In this document: one piece after another, positions 29,801 through 40,023 of the stretch
Layout: each line of letters opens with the position of its first letter
Position numbering within the stretch: the stretch's first letter is position 1
NCBI GenBank assembly: GCA_039815185.1
Contig: JBCBZT010000045.1
Coordinates: 1-62,859 of the forward strand
Direction of reading: 5' to 3'
Length of the DNA: 62,859 nucleotides
From: Cyanobacteria bacterium P01_A01_bin.123
Lineage (GTDB): Bacteria; Cyanobacteriota; Cyanobacteriia; Phormidesmidales; Phormidesmidaceae
Notes under the pieces: model-generated
Seen by the model: the letters and a program-made list of their open reading frames with translations, nothing else
What the model was told of the DNA's origin: nothing
Database searches by the model: none
Position numbers and translations under genes: made by a program

Positions 29801-31036
29801 CTAGTAATCCAAAGCAGCAGAAAGTCCGTCAATCAGCTGGTTAATCTCTGCTTCGATTGTGTAATGGAGGAATGACAATCGTAGAACACCAGGGTCAATG
29901 GGAATATTCATCCCCATTAACGGGCGAACACCGTAAAAACTTCCCTGCCCTACCATCAGTTTCTTTGCGGCCAGTACCTTGCAAACTTCATCAATTGATT
30001 TCTTTTTAGGTAAGACAGATACTGTTGGCGCTCGCAACTCTGGATCATCCGGTCCAACAATGTCAATATCGTCGCGCTGCCGCAGCCATTCCAGAAGCGG
30101 TTTCAGCAGGTTTTTCTCATGATCCTGGAACAGTTTTTTAAGACGTCTTCCTTTTTCTGCCGGGTCAACTGTTTCCGAAAAATGGTGTGCATAAACGGCA
30201 TCCAAATACTGGGCGACACCGGCAGTAGCTGCGATCTGGGCATGGTCTGGCCCTGCTGGCAGCATCTTTTTGCGGATACTGTGGGCATTAAAGAAGTGAC
30301 CTTGGTTAGGCAACGTATCCATAACCGCTTTTTTGATGGTCATGAGCCCAAGATGCGGTCCCCAGGTTTTGTAAAGGGAAAACAGGTAAATATCGACTCC
30401 CAACGCTTTAATGTCTGGCAGTCCATGGGGAGCATGGGCCACGCCATCAACCACGACGCAAACGTTGGCAGTCTTTGCCTTTGAGACGATTGCTGCCACT
30501 GGATTGGTATGGCCAATGACATTGGAACAATGGGGGAATGCCAGCAGTTTAGTTTTGTCGGACAGCAGGGCATCCAGATCATCTGGATTCAATATGCCTG
30601 TCTCAGGATCAACGCGCCATTCTTTGATCACGATGCCTGTTTTTTCAAGGCGTCTCCAAAATCCAGCATTGGCTTCATGGTCTTGGTTGGAGAGGATGAT
30701 TTCGTCTCCCTCGTCCCATATTTCTCGGAAGGCATGGGCTAGAACATAGAGGTTTTGAGTGGTTGATGGCCCGAAATGGACTTCATCTTCGCCGACATTG
30801 AGATATGCGGCCAGTCGGCGGTAGGACTCGTCCATTGCCGCACCGGCTTTTTGTGCGGCTGGGTAATTGTAATAGGGTTGAACTTTGGTTTGTGTGTAGT
30901 AGTCGTTTAGACGGGAAATGACCTGTTGGCAGGTATAGGAGCCGCCTGCATTTTCGAAAAAGCTCCATCCGTTGAGTGACGGTTCTGCAAAGGCAGGAAA
31001 CTGACTTCTGATAAATTTTGAATCCAACTGCGTCAA
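29801..31036 (-). CDS. Class V aminotransferase / cysteine desulfurase-like protein
   Basis: IRSQFPA, ENAGGS, DHEAN, DGVAHAPH and SLYKTWGPH (PLP lysine). Own start is TTG at 31036 with an AAGGAG RBS. Confidence 0.9.
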   Translation of the reverse strand: MTQLDSKFIRSQFPAFAEPSLNGWSFFENAGGSYTCQQVISRLNDYYTQTKVQPYYNYPAAQKAGAAMDESYRRLAAYLNVGEDEVHFGPSTTQNLYVLAHAFREIWDEGDEIILSNQDHEANAGFWRRLEKTGIVIKEWRVDPETGILNPDDLDALLSDKTKLLAFPHCSNVIGHTNPVAAIVSKAKTANVCVVVDGVAHAPHGLPDIKALGVDIYLFSLYKTWGPHLGLMTIKKAVMDTLPNQGHFFNAHSIRKKMLPAGPDHAQIAATAGVAQYLDAVYAHHFSETVDPAEKGRRLKKLFQDHEKNLLKPLLEWLRQRDDIDIVGPDDPELRAPTVSVLPKKKSIDEVCKVLAAKKLMVGQGSFYGVRPLMGMNIPIDPGVLRLSFLHYTIEAEINQLIDGLSAALDY

Positions 31037-31062
31037 AATTTTCTCCTTATTTTCATTAGGAT

Positions 31063-32070
31063 TTCTGCAGTGACTAAACCAGTTGAAGATATCCTTCAAT
31101 GCAATTTGTTCAGTCGCCTTTTCAAGACCAACCTGCAATTGCGCCAAAGTTTTAGCTCCCCAACTCCGCAAGGAATTTTTGAGTTTTGACCAGGCATTCT
31201 CAATGGGGGAAAACTCAGGAGAATAGGGTGGTAGAAACACCAGTGAAGCTTGAGCTCGGCTCAACATCGCCAAGAGTTCTCCCTGTCGGTGAATCCGGGC
31301 ATTATCCATCACCACACAATCACCGGGTTGTAATTGAGGAATCAGCCGTTGGCTGATGAATGCCTCAAAGGTTAAGGCATTGACGGCACCTCGAATGGGC
31401 GTCAGTGCCAGGAGTCGGTGCAAACTGAGTGCCCCAATTAAGTTCACATTTTCTCCCCGATTCAAAGGTCTCTCTCCATAGGCTCGGGTGCCCGCTAAGG
31501 AACGACCATACAACCGAGTCATGGCTAAATGTACCCCCGCCTCATCGATGAAGACTAGCTTCTCAGGGGCGTGAATCCTAACCCTTGGCCAGTAGTCGAG
31601 CCGCAGTAACCGAACGCGAGGGGTGTGCTTCTCGCTAGCCTCAAGTGTTTTTTTACGGGTTAATTTTAGTCGCAGGATGGTTCAGCTAACGGTGGCTGGA
31701 CTCACACTGAGCTGAGTGCGCTCTGCCAGAAGCTCAGCTAATTCAAGCAAGGTGGCATCATTTTTCGCTTCGACCAGCTCTGCTAAGATCAGCTCTTGAG
31801 CTCCGTTCAGTTTAGCCCGATGGCCTCCCCCATGGGGTTTTGGGGCGAGACTGCCCGTCTCTCGGTATTGCTTGAGGATCTTTTGGACGAAACTGGTCGC
31901 CACACAGAATCGTTGGGCGAGGGCGCGTTGAGAAATCGTTTCGCTTTCGTAGGTTTTGACAATTCGACTGCGGAGATCCGATGAGTATGCTTTCATTAGC
32001 TGAACAGGGTGGTGATAAGGGGGCTGAGGTTCTGACATACTTGTACCTCACTCAATCGAGTAACGCTATA
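31063..32070 (-). mobile_element. IS630-family element, decayed
   Basis: End TATAGCGTTACTCGATTGAGTGAGGTAC. OrfA has MKAYSSDLR and a premature TGA at 31682. A-run slippery site at about 31647-31654. DDE motifs FIDE, MDNARIH and LPPYSPEFSPIE. The second terminal repeat is missing. Confidence 0.9.
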
Positions 32071-32395
32071 TCTTGACATCGAGGATATGGTGACGGGTAT
32101 CAAAGGAAATCCTCCAGCGCTGCCAAGAACCACAAGCCAGTTGGAGAATGAGGTTATCGTTCTTAGGCGTATACCTCACTTGCCTTGTCGGGGGACTGCT
32201 TCTGGGGATTTGGCTCTATCTGACGCCTTTGCTGATGCCCCTTTTTGAACTATAGCTTTTGGCTAATGTCGTCTGTGCCTCTGAGTTGATGGCGCAGGCA
32301 GTATCACCACTGAGTCAAAATTGAGCTAATCAGCATCGCTTTGCAAGGGTTCAAGGTCATGCAAGATGATGACTCGATAACACCCTGACATCAGG

Positions 32396-32692
32396 TCAAC
32401 GAGACTTTTGCAGCAAAAGGCCAGGCGCCATCTTCATAATGTGGTCAAAGTGCTCTGGTCCGAGCTTTTGTCTTAAATGCGCCAACGTCAGATCATTCAA
32501 GATCAAACTACCGCCAGCGTAACTGAAGTCCTTGCCAAGTTCTAAGCCTGCTTCCACTAAATACTGGCCCACGGCTTGAAGCGCAACCATAATTGCCCTC
32601 TCTTCTATGGCTCCTTCTGTGTCACGGATTGACAGGTTGTCTTGAAGAACGTCGTCTTGAATCCCAATGTCTTTGGGGTCGCCCATGCCCAA
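32396..32692 (-). CDS. Small cyanobacterial hypothetical protein
   Basis: 98-aa ORF with GxxLGKDFSY motif; no function recognised. Confidence 0.55.
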   Translation of the reverse strand: MGMGDPKDIGIQDDVLQDNLSIRDTEGAIEERAIMVALQAVGQYLVEAGLELGKDFSYAGGSLILNDLTLAHLRQKLGPEHFDHIMKMAPGLLLQKSR

Positions 32693-33193
32693 CCTCGCCT
32701 GTCTTGAATTTTGGATAACGTCGCCTCAGCCTCACTGATAAGAGCAAGACTCAGATTACTCAGGAAGATGAGCAAATAGTCTAGTTGTCTCCGTACTATC
32801 GGATGGCTGAAGCAACAAATTATGAGAATTGAATCAAAGGAAAGTAACGTTTTAAGCGTCAGCGACCCATGAAAGCTGCGTTAAAAGCCCTGAAATACCT
32901 GAATTTAGGTCATGAGGCTCAAGCTTAAAACACTTATCTTTAATCTTTGATTCATAAATTAACAATAGTTTGTATAGAGTTTATTATTATGATGTCTTCC
33001 TGGAAATGGCAATTACGAATGAGAGAAAAGGGTGGTTTCGTAATATTTATTTACAAAGTAGTCTTGAGAAGAAACCCGTTGCAGTCAACAGGGGCTTGCA
33101 GAAATGCTGGTAGAAGGCCGATCGCACTGTTGATTGCGGTCTCGGCAGCACTACGGTGTAAAAATACGTAATACCTTGATCTGTCGTTAAACA

Positions 33194-34663
33194 ATGACCC
33201 GCCTACCAAACTACATCAACGGTCAGTGGTGTTCTGCTAATGCCTCTAACCAATTACCTGTCTATAATCCCGCCACGACTGAGGTGCTAGCAGAAGTCCC
33301 CCTCTCCCCCAAAGTTGAGGTTGATCGGGCAACCCAGGCCGCGATCGCGGCGTTTCAAACCTGGCGACGAACACCGCCAACAGAACGCATCCAGCCCTTA
33401 TTCAAACTCAAAGGCTTGTTGGCAGAGCACCGAGAAAGCTTGGCCCAGACCATTACCCAGGAATGCGGCAAGACGCTCAAAGAGTCTAACGGGGAGTTGC
33501 AACGGGCAATTGAAAATGTAGAGGTGGCCTGTGGGATTCCGATGATGATGCAGGGCACGGTGCTCGAAGATATTGCGCGGGGCATCGATGAATTTATGAT
33601 TCGTCAACCTGTAGGCGTGGCCGCTGCGATCGCGCCCTTTAATTTCCCGGCAATGATTCCCTTTTGGTTTATGCCCTATGCGATCGCCTGTGGCAATACC
33701 TATCTGGTCAAACCGTCAGAAAAAGTACCGTTGACAATGCAGGCCATTTTTCAATTGATCGATCAAGCCGGGTTTCCACCGGGCGTGGTCAATTTGGTCA
33801 ACGGCGACAAAGCGGCGGTGGATGCGATTTTAGACCACCCGGCCATCCGTGCCATTAGCTTTGTGGGATCGTCTCCGGTGGCCCGCTACATTTACAGTCG
33901 CGCTTCGGCTAACGGTAAGCGGGTGCAGTGCCAAGGCGGTGCGAAAAACCCGATTATCGTGCTGCCCGATGCCGATATAGAAATGACCACACGAATTGCG
34001 GCGGACAGTGCCTTCGGCTGTGCGGGTCAGCGTTGTTTGGCGGCATCTTTGGCTATCACAGTAGGAGAAGCAGGGCCAGTGTTTACCGAGGCGATCGCAG
34101 CAGCAGCTAGCCAACGCAACGTCGGCAATGGGCTAGAGGCTGGGGTGCAAATGGGGCCTGTGATTACGCCCCAAAGTCGCGATCGCATTGAAGGGCTGAT
34201 TCAAACGGGCGTGAATGAAGGGGCCAAGCTGCTGGTCGATGGTCGCGATCCCAAAATTCCTGACCTAGAGCAAGGCAACTTTGTGCGACCTACGCTGCTG
34301 CAAGACGTGAGTCCTGACAGTGAAATTGCCACGACAGAAATCTTTGGCCCAGTGTTGGGGCTGATCCCAGTGGAAACAATTGACGACGCGATCGCACTGG
34401 TGAACCGCAGCCCCTGGGGCAACATGGCCTGCGTATTTACCAACAGTGGTGCTGCTGCCCGCAAGTTTCGCTACGAAGCCGAGGCGGGCAATATTGGCAT
34501 CAATATCGGTGTTGCCGCTCCGATGGCTTTCTTTCCGTTTAGTGGTTGGAAAGACAGCTTCTTTGGCGATCTCCATGGCCAAGGGCAACATGCGATTGAA
34601 TTTTTTACCCAAACAAAAGTAGTGGTTGAACGCTGGCCTAAGGAGTGGTCACGCCAGTTTTAA
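33194..34663 (+). CDS. mmsA: CoA-acylating methylmalonate-semialdehyde dehydrogenase
   Basis: [34 protein letters not shown] and [11 protein letters not shown]. Confidence 0.93.
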   Translation: MTRLPNYINGQWCSANASNQLPVYNPATTEVLAEVPLSPKVEVDRATQAAIAAFQTWRRTPPTERIQPLFKLKGLLAEHRESLAQTITQECGKTLKESNGELQRAIENVEVACGIPMMMQGTVLEDIARGIDEFMIRQPVGVAAAIAPFNFPAMIPFWFMPYAIACGNTYLVKPSEKVPLTMQAIFQLIDQAGFPPGVVNLVNGDKAAVDAILDHPAIRAISFVGSSPVARYIYSRASANGKRVQCQGGAKNPIIVLPDADIEMTTRIAADSAFGCAGQRCLAASLAITVGEAGPVFTEAIAAAASQRNVGNGLEAGVQMGPVITPQSRDRIEGLIQTGVNEGAKLLVDGRDPKIPDLEQGNFVRPTLLQDVSPDSEIATTEIFGPVLGLIPVETIDDAIALVNRSPWGNMACVFTNSGAAARKFRYEAEAGNIGINIGVAAPMAFFPFSGWKDSFFGDLHGQGQHAIEFFTQTKVVVERWPKEWSRQF

Positions 34664-34764
34664 GTCATGGGAAAGAGCTTCCGAATCCCTAAATTTACGA
34701 GCATCATAACCCTTTTCTCACAATGGATTGAGTGGCACAAACCATAGACTCATCATCTGAAATG

Positions 34765-36318
34765 CTAGCCATCGGGAACCTGTGTCTTAAAGGGGCGGAT
34801 ATCTTCCGCACAAATTTGCTGAATCGCGTTGCGCCCGGACATCGCCACAATGGGTAAACTTCCCCCCGGTTCCACCCACTGCCCAGCCATATAAAACCGT
34901 TGTAGGTTTGGCAGGGTTTTGGGGACACCTTTAATCAGCAGCGGCAGGGTGTCTTTATTAAGCGCCCAGCCGCAGATAGATCCTTGCCAGTTGCCTGTGT
35001 TTTGTTCGTAGTTCAGGGGCGTAGTGACCTGAATGCACTCAATGTCATCGCGGATGCCGGGATAAAGTTGGGTAAACCGATCGAGCAAGGGCGCAATCGC
35101 GAGGTGGTCTGGCTGAGGCGTAAGTAGCCCATTGACGGCTTTCCCTTGCCAATTGTGATATGCCGTAGTGAGTAACAGGGTTACGACAGATTTACCGGGT
35201 GGCGCTAGAGAGGGATCAAAACAGTGGTGTTTAACGCTAAGTTCAGCGTGGGTTTCTCCCGCGATCGCGATGGGCTGATCTAACAAATGAGTCACCCAGT
35301 GGGGTTCGTGAGAAAAGTCACGATTAATGCCCAATGAAATGTGTAACTGAGACTTAGTTGGGGTGCGATCGCCGTAGAGGTTGTTTAAAGCTCGATTCAG
35401 ATAGCGTCCATCTAATAGGTGGTATAGGGTGTTGCGGCCATCACTGGCCGAAATCACGCGATCGCACTGGTGACTTTCCCCGTTGTTGAGCTTGACCCCT
35501 GTGGCCCGATCAGCCTCGACAATGATTTTTTCCACTGGGGTACCGTAGTGAACCTTACCCCCTAGTGCTTGATAGCGTTGCTCAATGGCGCGGGCAAAAT
35601 TTGACGATGCCCCCAGGGGTGCTCCAGCATTACCGTTGTATTGGTAGGCCAACATTGACATGGCTACCATAGTTGGCATATCGGGCCAGGCAATCAACTG
35701 CGCGATCGCCCGCTGTAAAAACGGGGATTGAAACCGCTGAGCAAACTCTCGAACTGGCAAGCTGCCCCATTTCGCCATGGGTCTGGCAAAAGGCAACAAC
35801 CGTCGCCCTAACCTGGCCCAATCGGCTCCGGTCATCAGCGATTTGGGCTTTTGTTGTAGCAGGGACAAATCAAACTCGGTAAAACGACGCACCCCAGCGC
35901 AAAAGCTTTCAATCAGTCGCGTATCTGCTGGTGAGAGAGATTTGAGATGGGCTTCTAAGCGCTCGGGGTCACTGTAAACGATCAGCGTTTCACCAGCGGG
36001 GCCGACGATGCGCATAAACTCATCTTGGCTGATGAAATCAAGCCCTTGCACTGCTCCCAGTTCTTGCCAAATTTGATGGAACGGCTGCCCCGTGCCGGTA
36101 CCAAACAAGTAGTGAATACAGCCGTCAAAGGTATAGCCCTGCTGCTGCCCAGCGGTGCAAAGGCCACCGGGATAGGTATTCTGCTCAAAAATCTGGCTGC
36201 GGTAACCATTCATTTGGGCATAGCAACCTGCCGCTAACCCAGCGATACCTGCACCAATAATAATGATATCTGTCTCAACCCGAGGCATCGCATTTTCATT
36301 AGTGGCCAGGCTAGACAA
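34765..36318 (-). CDS. FAD-dependent oxidoreductase, phytoene desaturase/CrtI-like family
   Basis: IIGAGIAGL dinucleotide motif, PGGLCT, TTPL and YMAGQWVEPGG. Confidence 0.88.
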   Translation of the reverse strand: MSSLATNENAMPRVETDIIIIGAGIAGLAAGCYAQMNGYRSQIFEQNTYPGGLCTAGQQQGYTFDGCIHYLFGTGTGQPFHQIWQELGAVQGLDFISQDEFMRIVGPAGETLIVYSDPERLEAHLKSLSPADTRLIESFCAGVRRFTEFDLSLLQQKPKSLMTGADWARLGRRLLPFARPMAKWGSLPVREFAQRFQSPFLQRAIAQLIAWPDMPTMVAMSMLAYQYNGNAGAPLGASSNFARAIEQRYQALGGKVHYGTPVEKIIVEADRATGVKLNNGESHQCDRVISASDGRNTLYHLLDGRYLNRALNNLYGDRTPTKSQLHISLGINRDFSHEPHWVTHLLDQPIAIAGETHAELSVKHHCFDPSLAPPGKSVVTLLLTTAYHNWQGKAVNGLLTPQPDHLAIAPLLDRFTQLYPGIRDDIECIQVTTPLNYEQNTGNWQGSICGWALNKDTLPLLIKGVPKTLPNLQRFYMAGQWVEPGGSLPIVAMSGRNAIQQICAEDIRPFKTQVPDG

Positions 36319-36425
36319 TACACCCCATAACCAGATCCAGCGGTAGCAATTGTTCCAAACGCACGTGCGAATTCAGAACTTTACTCACTACAACGATAGG
36401 AACGATATAGGACACACCCTCAAAG

Positions 36426-37526
36426 TTACTTATTCTTACTCGGATTTTTGGCCTGTTCGAGGGCAATCTCTCGAATTGATTTCAGAGAGCTGAGGTTGGC
36501 AGCCCCGTCGATCGCTTTGACAGCTAGATCTTGAACTTGTTTCAAGGCTACATTTAACTGAGTCGAAAGATTTTCAATCCGATCGCCTTGGGTTTCAAGT
36601 TTGTCTTGCAGTGACTCAATCCGAAGTTCATAGGTGCGTTTTTGACCTTCAACCTCTTGGGCCACTAAATCAGCTTTAATTTTGGCTTGATGGTGAGCAA
36701 TTCCTCTACCTTCCTCTTTGGCTTTCTTGATGGCTTTGTCTAACTGCTCTGAAAAGCCTTCTACCTTAGTTTTGAGGTCTGTAAATGCTTGCTCTCGCTC
36801 AGCGATCGCCTGTTCACGCTCAGTCCACTGTTTCTCTTGGGCTGCTTGAAGATCTTCAATCTCCTGATAACGTTGCGTCTCAGTTTGATCATAGTCTTCA
36901 TCAGCAATCCGCCGTTGTAATGTCAAGCCATAGTTATATTCTTTCGCATCTCGCTGGCGTAGTTTTGCTTGCAGTTCATTCCGCGATTTAACCGTTCTAC
37001 CGTGGTCTTCTTGCTCTGCTACCCAAACCTTGCTGGCTTGACCCATTTCTAGTTCTAATTCTTCTTGACGCTGGCTAAATTCTTCACGAAATGCTTTATC
37101 GCTGGTTTCATATTCCTCAATTAGCGTTGTCAAGCTTTCATCAGCGAACTGCAAATCATGGAGGGTTTCTAGTTTCTGTGATTCTTCTGCAATAGAGTCT
37201 TGAATTTCTTGTAGTTTCAGCGCTTCGGAGGTCAGCTGTTCCGATAAAGCACTGGCAGCACCCCCAAAATTAAACTGGAGTCGGGTTAAATCCTCAATAA
37301 TTGATTCAACACCTTGCGGGTTGACAGTAGATGTCACCTCGGGCAGTATGGCTTCTTGAATGACTGTCACTTGAGACTTTCCGTTTTGATTAGGTGCAGG
37401 GTGAGATACTGTCTTTTGGGCGGTGACGAGTTGCATCTCTAACGATTTCTTTTCACTGATCAGATCGTTGTATGCTGTCAGAATCTCAGCTTTAGTGTTT
37501 TTGGTATTGAGCCTTTTAGTCGTCAT
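36426..37526 (-). CDS. Coiled-coil hypothetical protein (paralog 2)
   Basis: Entirely helical and E/K/Q-rich, with KNTKAEILTAY and C-terminal QVQDLAVKAI. ATG at 37526 has a GGAGG RBS. Confidence 0.85.
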   Translation of the reverse strand: MTTKRLNTKNTKAEILTAYNDLISEKKSLEMQLVTAQKTVSHPAPNQNGKSQVTVIQEAILPEVTSTVNPQGVESIIEDLTRLQFNFGGAASALSEQLTSEALKLQEIQDSIAEESQKLETLHDLQFADESLTTLIEEYETSDKAFREEFSQRQEELELEMGQASKVWVAEQEDHGRTVKSRNELQAKLRQRDAKEYNYGLTLQRRIADEDYDQTETQRYQEIEDLQAAQEKQWTEREQAIAEREQAFTDLKTKVEGFSEQLDKAIKKAKEEGRGIAHHQAKIKADLVAQEVEGQKRTYELRIESLQDKLETQGDRIENLSTQLNVALKQVQDLAVKAIDGAANLSSLKSIREIALEQAKNPSKNK

Positions 37527-37559
37527 GGATTCCTCCAAAGGATAAACAAAAAGATTAGA

Positions 37560-38570
37560 TTATGCAGCCGTTTCAGGTTGACCTGAGAGTTGATTTGATG
37601 AGCTAGAGAAAGCACGCATGGCTAGATCCTGAGCTTGCCCCATCGCCGTTCGGAGTTGGGTAGAAATGGAGGTAATCTCTTCAGCCTGGTTTTGAATTTT
37701 GGCTTCTAACGATTGAATTTTGAGTTCATAACCCTGCTGAGTCGCTTCCCACTCCTTCTCTAATAGATTGGCTCGAACCTTAGCGGCGTCGTGGGTTTCC
37801 TTAATGCTGGCCTCACGGGCTTGCTTAATCGCCTCTTCCAGGTCTTGCGGGAAAGCGTCAGCTTTTTGCTGATATTCCGCCAGCTTGGTTTGGTTAGCTG
37901 CCAGGACACTTTCGCGCTCGGCCCACTGTTTTTCTTTGGCTTGAGTTGTGTCTTGAATTTGCCGTTCAGCTTGTCGCCTAGTTTCTTCATAATCATCGTT
38001 TGAGATCGTGCGCGATCGCGCCGTTTCATACTGATAGTCTTCTTCTTGGCGCTGCCGCTCTTGCCCCAACAGGTCGTCTCGAATACTGGCACTTTGGTCA
38101 AATTCGGCTTGTTCGCGCTGCCAAACTTTTTGAGCTGCAGTCTTTTCTTTCTCCAGGGCTTCCTGCTCGTGGGTGATGCGGTCTTGCAACAGGCGCAGAT
38201 TTTCCTGATGGTCTTGGTTCAGGATGTAGAGCGCGTCAGCAACGACGCGAGCTTGTTGTAAGTCTTGTAAGCGTTGGGTTTCGACCGCGATCGCACGCTT
38301 TAAGTCATCAAGCTTGTCGGTTTCTATGGTGAGCTGGTCAGACAACTGACCAATGACGCTGCTAAACGAGAGTTGCAGATCCGCAAATCCTCGCACGATA
38401 CTGTCCGTGGTGTATTGGGCAACGGCTTCTAGGACTTGAAGATTCCGTTCCTTTTCAGCCTCTTCGGCTTTCGTCGCTACTCTTGACTGCATACTGCGCT
38501 GTGCTGCCAGTACTTGCTCAAAGGCGGTAAGCACTTTAGCCCTGTTATCTTGTCCAGCAATTTGGGTCAT
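37560..38570 (-). CDS. Coiled-coil hypothetical protein (paralog 1)
   Basis: Colinear similarity to the downstream gene (LQLSF/LQFNF, EEDYQY/KEYNY, QAQDLAMRAF/QVQDLAVKAI). Confidence 0.85.
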   Translation of the reverse strand: MTQIAGQDNRAKVLTAFEQVLAAQRSMQSRVATKAEEAEKERNLQVLEAVAQYTTDSIVRGFADLQLSFSSVIGQLSDQLTIETDKLDDLKRAIAVETQRLQDLQQARVVADALYILNQDHQENLRLLQDRITHEQEALEKEKTAAQKVWQREQAEFDQSASIRDDLLGQERQRQEEDYQYETARSRTISNDDYEETRRQAERQIQDTTQAKEKQWAERESVLAANQTKLAEYQQKADAFPQDLEEAIKQAREASIKETHDAAKVRANLLEKEWEATQQGYELKIQSLEAKIQNQAEEITSISTQLRTAMGQAQDLAMRAFSSSSNQLSGQPETAA

Positions 38571-38602
38571 GGGAAATCTCTGCTAACTTTGATAGGATCG
38601 AA

Positions 38603-38622
38603 TTGCAAACTGTAGTGTGCAA
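38603..38622. promoter_or_regulatory. Palindromic operator 1 (putative XRE site)
   Basis: TTGCAAACT-GT-AGTGTGCAA, 9-bp arms with one mismatch. Confidence 0.6.
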
Positions 38623-38629
38623 TTTGCAT

Positions 38630-38643
38630 AGAACATTTGTACT
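38630..38643 (-). promoter_or_regulatory. Cyanobacterial LexA (SOS) box
   Basis: Minus strand AGTAC-AAA-T-GTTC-T fits RGTACNNNDGTWCB exactly. Confidence 0.7.
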
Positions 38644-38680
38644 GTATTTGCGGATTGATGTAAACCCTAAATGACTCATT

Positions 38681-38700
38681 TTGCAAACTACAGTTGTCAG
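38681..38700. promoter_or_regulatory. Operator 2 (inverted copy of operator 1)
   Basis: TTGCAAACTACAGTTGTCAG versus the reverse complement of operator 1, TTGCACACTACAGTTTGCAA. Confidence 0.55.
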
Positions 38701-38771
38701 GTTGCAGTGCCGAGAGGTGCTGTGGGCACTCAACCCATCAGCGCTCTGCCTGTTTCGAGGAGCGATCGCCC

Positions 38772-39152
38772 ATGAGTGACTTTGGTGACAAAATTCGCAA
38801 ACGACGTAGTGAAGAAGGATTGAGCCAAGAAAAGCTAGCCCAAACCGTCGGCATTTCCCGCAACTATTTGTCTCAGATTGAACGGGGAGTGGCAACCAAC
38901 CTGTCTTGGCAGGTGATGAATCGGTTGACCGCTGCATTGGGTCTCAAAGCCGAGCAGGGCAGTGATTCAGAAGCCACGATAGCCGGGAGGATGGATTTGC
39001 CGTCTAGCCTGGTTGCCTTTGCTCAAAAGGCAGATTTGCCAACGGATGATGTGCTGATGTTGGCTCGCCTGAAGTACCGGGGACAACAGCCAACCACCTT
39101 AGAAAAGTGGGAACTCTTATACAACGTGATCAAGATGACCGTTGAATCGTGA
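38772..39152 (+). CDS. XRE-family HTH repressor (CapH/DdrO-like arrangement)
   Basis: FGDKIRKRR...LSQEKLA...SRNYLSQIERG. ATG at 38772 has a GAGGAG RBS. The stop overlaps the next start (GTGA). Confidence 0.9.
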   Translation: MSDFGDKIRKRRSEEGLSQEKLAQTVGISRNYLSQIERGVATNLSWQVMNRLTAALGLKAEQGSDSEATIAGRMDLPSSLVAFAQKADLPTDDVLMLARLKYRGQQPTTLEKWELLYNVIKMTVES

Positions 39153-40009
39153 GTCAATCCGAAAGAAGTCAACCCTACTGCCATCCTGGACAAGCCTTTC
39201 TCTCCCGTTGCGAATGGGCAGAGGCGGCTCAGATGGCGATGGCTTATGTGGCGTTTCTAAGGTCTGAGTCGGGCTTGACTGATCAACCCCCAATCGATCT
39301 AGCCGCCATCTACCGTCATTTTGGCATGCCAGAACCGTTACGGGCACCTCTGGTTGATCAACAGGGTATTTTGGTAGACAGTAATGCGGGATTAATTTTG
39401 ATCAAAGCAGATGATCCGGTCGTTCGTCAGCGCTTTACGGAAGGGCATGAGCTGATGGAATTGCTGTTCGACGCTTGGGAACAGACATTGGCTGGGCAAT
39501 CACCCGATTGGCAAGCGGAAGAAAAGGAGCGGTGGTGCGATCGCGGTGCGGCAGAGTTATTGATGCCCCAGTCATCTTTTGTGCCTCAATTACAAACACT
39601 TGGCATGTCGCTCCAAGCGGGTCAAACCTTAGCCAAGCTGTACACAACCTCTCTGATGGCAACTTTGCTGCACATGATTCAGCACACCGTCGGTTCCCAT
39701 GCGCTGGTGATGTGGCACCCCGCGCACAGTCGCCAAGAACTCACTCATTTTGAGGCGGCAAAGTCTCTGCCACCTAAGAAGTTGAGGGTTTGGTGGCGAT
39801 CATGTAGCCCCGGATGGACGGGTGGATTTATTCCCAAAAATAAGTCAATTGCCGACGATTCCCTGATTGCCAAGGCCTATACAACTAAACAGATCCATGC
39901 AGGCTCTGGCCAAATCAATCTGGGTTATCAAGCGGTTCACTGCGACATAGAAGCACTGCCAGTCCAGATGGGGGATAAGGGTTGTGTGGTGTGCTTATTG
40001 CATCACTAA
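39149..40009 (+). CDS. ImmA/IrrE (CapP-like) metallopeptidase with HTH and GAF-like C-terminus
   Basis: PPIDL, RQRFTEGHELME, ERWCDRGAAELLMP and a C-terminal FIPKNKSI...SLI segment. Confidence 0.88.
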   Translation: MSQSERSQPYCHPGQAFLSRCEWAEAAQMAMAYVAFLRSESGLTDQPPIDLAAIYRHFGMPEPLRAPLVDQQGILVDSNAGLILIKADDPVVRQRFTEGHELMELLFDAWEQTLAGQSPDWQAEEKERWCDRGAAELLMPQSSFVPQLQTLGMSLQAGQTLAKLYTTSLMATLLHMIQHTVGSHALVMWHPAHSRQELTHFEAAKSLPPKKLRVWWRSCSPGWTGGFIPKNKSIADDSLIAKAYTTKQIHAGSGQINLGYQAVHCDIEALPVQMGDKGCVVCLLHH

Positions 40010-40023
40010 ACTGTGATTTAGGG

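Noticed and set aside
29801..31522. 573-aa transposase-desulfurase fusion as a novel functional protein
   Set aside because: The desulfurase has its own RBS and TTG start, and the IS is truncated and carries a nonsense codon, so the fusion is incidental.
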